From: Nemertoderma westbladi
Taxonomy: Eukaryota > Animalia > Xenacoelomorpha
Direction of reading: 5' to 3'
Assembly (NCBI GenBank): GCA_032718475.1
Contig: JAUCBJ010006170.1
Location: 1 to 37,161, forward strand
DNA: 37,161 bases
Under the pieces are notes generated by a model. The model saw nothing but the letters and a program-made list of their open reading frames with translations. It had not been told where the DNA came from and did no database searches. Each line of letters starts with the position of its first letter. Within the stretch, counting starts at the first letter, position 1. Shown here piece after piece: positions 34,381-37,161 of the stretch. A program made the translations under genes and the position numbers.

Positions 34381-34662
34381 TAAGGTTCCACCTTGGTGTA
34401 GTGGTTGCATTGAATTCACATCTCCTGTAGGTCGTGGGTTCGATCCTCACATGGGCCAGAGCAGTTTTCGTTTCGGCACGAATGCTTTAAAGGGACCAGC
34501 CAGGGCGCATCTCTGCCTTGCATCATTAAGTGGTAGCTAAATGGGTACTGGAGTTTCCTCTGGGGAGTAAAGTTCTGGGGGGACCGCACTGGAAATAAGT
34601 TGTCAGACTCTGTGCGTCATCCCTGGCCTAGCGGCCGAAGAAAATTTACTTTCACTTTTACT
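34381..34662 (+). mobile_element. tRNA-derived SINE (family 2)
   Basis: TGGTGTAGTGG A box and GGTTCGATCC B box, homologous to 26330-26612, with a (TTTAC)-like tail. Confidence 0.78.
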
Positions 34663-34974
34663 TGACCGAAACTTGAATACGCCACTACTGTTCAATTACC
34701 ACGATTAACAGTAACTAACAGTAAAATATACAGCTAAATTAGAAATAAAGTGATAGAAATTGAATAGGATTTATCTATAATATCAGACCATTTACCCCTT
34801 AGCTTTAATATTAAAGACCCATGCGTCATAATGTTCCTACGGAGTTAACGGAGATTCCAACTGGTGTCTCAAAAAATCCGGGACTCCACAATAGGACTAA
34901 CTACTCCACTCTGTCCCAGGATCAATGTATTCGCTACTCCGACAAATGCGAGGAGTTACTATTGAATATACATA

Positions 34975-35310
34975 CATGTTCCATGGTCTGCCATTAAATG
35001 CGAGAACACAAAATGTAAATTTAACAGGAAGGCGATGTTTGCTTTTAATGATGATATCGTTTCTGCACTAAAGGAAGGAGAGTTATTGACGCTTGGGAAC
35101 AATCGTAGTTTGACAACTACTCACACGTACCTGGATGGAACGAAGTAGCGAGAGAAAAGTACGAAGTACGAACACTCACAGGAACTTTTAAAATATGGCA
35201 TGAAATTGGAGGTCAACTGGGAGGCCTCTACACTCTAAACTACTACGGGCTAAAGCCCAGTTAAAGCGGGCTATGCGCCATTGTAAACGCTCTGAGGAGT
35301 AAATACGGTC
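34975..35310 (+). mobile_element. Decayed non-LTR ORF2 linker remnant
   Basis: Fragments VPWSAIKCENTKC...IVSALKEG and FKIWHEIG...RAKAQLKRAMRHCKRSEE recall the endonuclease-RT tether region of some LINE clades. Heavily disrupted. Confidence 0.35.
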
Positions 35311-36124
35311 TCGACTAATACGGTCTAATATCGACTTGCGCAAAATGAAATATTTAAAACACATCATTGGTTTTACGGCCATGCTGTACTTTTGGATTGG
35401 CGGACTGTGGACTTTCTTTCGCAATTTTGGCACTTTGTTTGTACATATTGCATCAAAATTCCAAAAACAAGTAACAAATATGGGATTAACAGCGTCATGG
35501 GTTCTGGAATACGAACGTGATTTTTCTTAATTTTTTGACAATAGATACATAGGGCTTATGTAAGGTCACTTGCAAATTTTCAGACACAAGGGGCGAGTGG
35601 TCTACGAATGGGACGCTCTGATTGGCCGAATCTGAAATTCGATAAATCTAGACTATAATTAAACGAAACTCATCCATACACACTAGGAATATCCCTCACC
35701 TTAGTCTCAACACCCTGGGTGGGCCACGACCCTGTTGGGCCGGGGGTCTAGGTTTGGGACGCTCTGATTGGCCGAAAGTGAAACTCGAGAAATCTCGACT
35801 AGACATAAACGAAATATATGCCCAATCCTGCCACGAATTATATCAATTTCTGAGTGACCCATGATACGTGTTGAAACAGCATGGCAGAACATCCTAAAAT
35901 ATGGCATAGCATGAAAGGAGTGGCATAACTAACGTTGTGGCATTACTCACATTTGCTTGGCCCTTCAATGGCACACAGCATACCAGTAGTAGCATAGCAT
36001 GGCATTTCAGATGGGATTTATTTAAAAGTATTATGGTATATGCCAAGTCACCTTGTTGGTATTTCTAGTATAAATAGTATGTTACTCAAGCACATCTTTG
36101 ATATTCATATATTCATATTTCATA

Positions 36125-37161
36125 TTTGATACTCTTGACCACTCCATCCTTATAAAGAAACTTCAGTCATATGGTATACGCGGAACCCCTCTGTCGATTT
36201 TCTCAGATTACTTATCCAATCGTAAACAGTTTGTTTCATTAGGTGTTACGTCATCTTTAGTTAATTCAATCACCTGTGGTATCCCGCAAGGTTCGGTACT
36301 AGGCCCAATTCTTTTTTTACTTTATATAAATGATCTCCCAAATGCAACCTCTCTCATTGCCACTCTGTTTGCAGACGATACATCTCTCATGTTCCACGAT
36401 AGTAACATAACCAGATTAACTAATACTATAAATACCGAAAGTAATTTAATTAATGATTGGCTGATAGATAATAAATTAACCTTAAACACCGATAAAACAG
36501 AATACTCCATATTTACATTCTCGCAAAATTTCAACTTACCAAGCACAACAATTAATATCAACAACAAACCCATCAGATACACGTCCGCTGCAAAATACTT
36601 AGGCATAATTATAGATGATAAACTCACATTTAAGGCGCACATTAAATACATACTTAAAAAAATTTCTAAAACAGGTGGACTGTTCTATAAACTTCGACAT
36701 ATACTTTCTAGAGAGTTACTCCGCATGCTTTTTAATACATTAATTTATCCTTACATTTTCTATGGCTTGATTGTTTGGGGCGGCACTTACAAGTCCAACA
36801 CAGATCCTTTGAAAATAAAAATCAATAAGATATTGCGTTGTATCACATTTAATCATTCTCAATCCTCATCCTATCCCATCTACCAACAATTACGTATCCT
36901 ACCTCTAGATCTCCTCTATAAATACCAGGTGCTAATACTCATGTTTGAAGTCCATAATAATCCATCTCACCCTCTAGCTTACCTCTTTACTAAAGCCTCT
37001 TCGGTTCACTCATATAATACTCGCTCTGCTTCCTCTGGCCTGTATCATTTACCTCCGGCTCGTTTGGATGTTCGCCATCTTTCATTATCTATGCAAGGGC
37101 CACTTTTGTGGAACTCATTATCACAACTTATTAGGGACAGTCGAAACCTGGCGATATTTAA
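36125..37161 (+). mobile_element. 5'-truncated CR1/L2-group (Crack-like) LINE reverse transcriptase, continuing past the window end
   Basis: Hand translation is open for 345 codons: FDTLDHSIL...GIPQGSVLGPILFLLYINDL...LFADDT...KYLGIIIDDKLTF...HSYNTRS...GPLLWNSL. Confidence 0.93.

Noticed and set aside
33756-34690. hAT-type MITE (CAGAGGCGTA ... TACGCCACTA)
   Set aside because: Only a short imperfect terminal match and no 8-bp TSD.

Overview
AT-rich eukaryotic (invertebrate-animal-like) genomic DNA. The core is a head-to-head pair of paralogous ABCC4/MRP4-like ABC efflux transporter genes, each with only two coding exons inside the window. Gene A is on the minus strand (exon 3936-3730, then exon 2853 to <1, open for 951 codons, running off the window and missed by the ORF track). 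Gene B is on the plus strand (17043-17249 joined to 22094-25714, 1275 aa). The two paralogs show patchy near-identity. The 13.1 kb between their start codons holds a ~6.9 kb, ~100-copy 67-bp tandem array whose monomer contains AGGTCA-N3-AGGTTA (a nuclear-receptor DR3-like element), a foldback element, nested LINE fragments and a tRNA-derived SINE. The remainder is transposon-rich: MITEs, a deleted piggyBac, a long-TIR Mutator-like element, a degenerate Sola2-like transposon, SINEs, RTE-like and CR1/L2-group LINE pieces, and a degenerate ~65-70 bp minisatellite. All calls come from reading and hand translation; no database searches were run.
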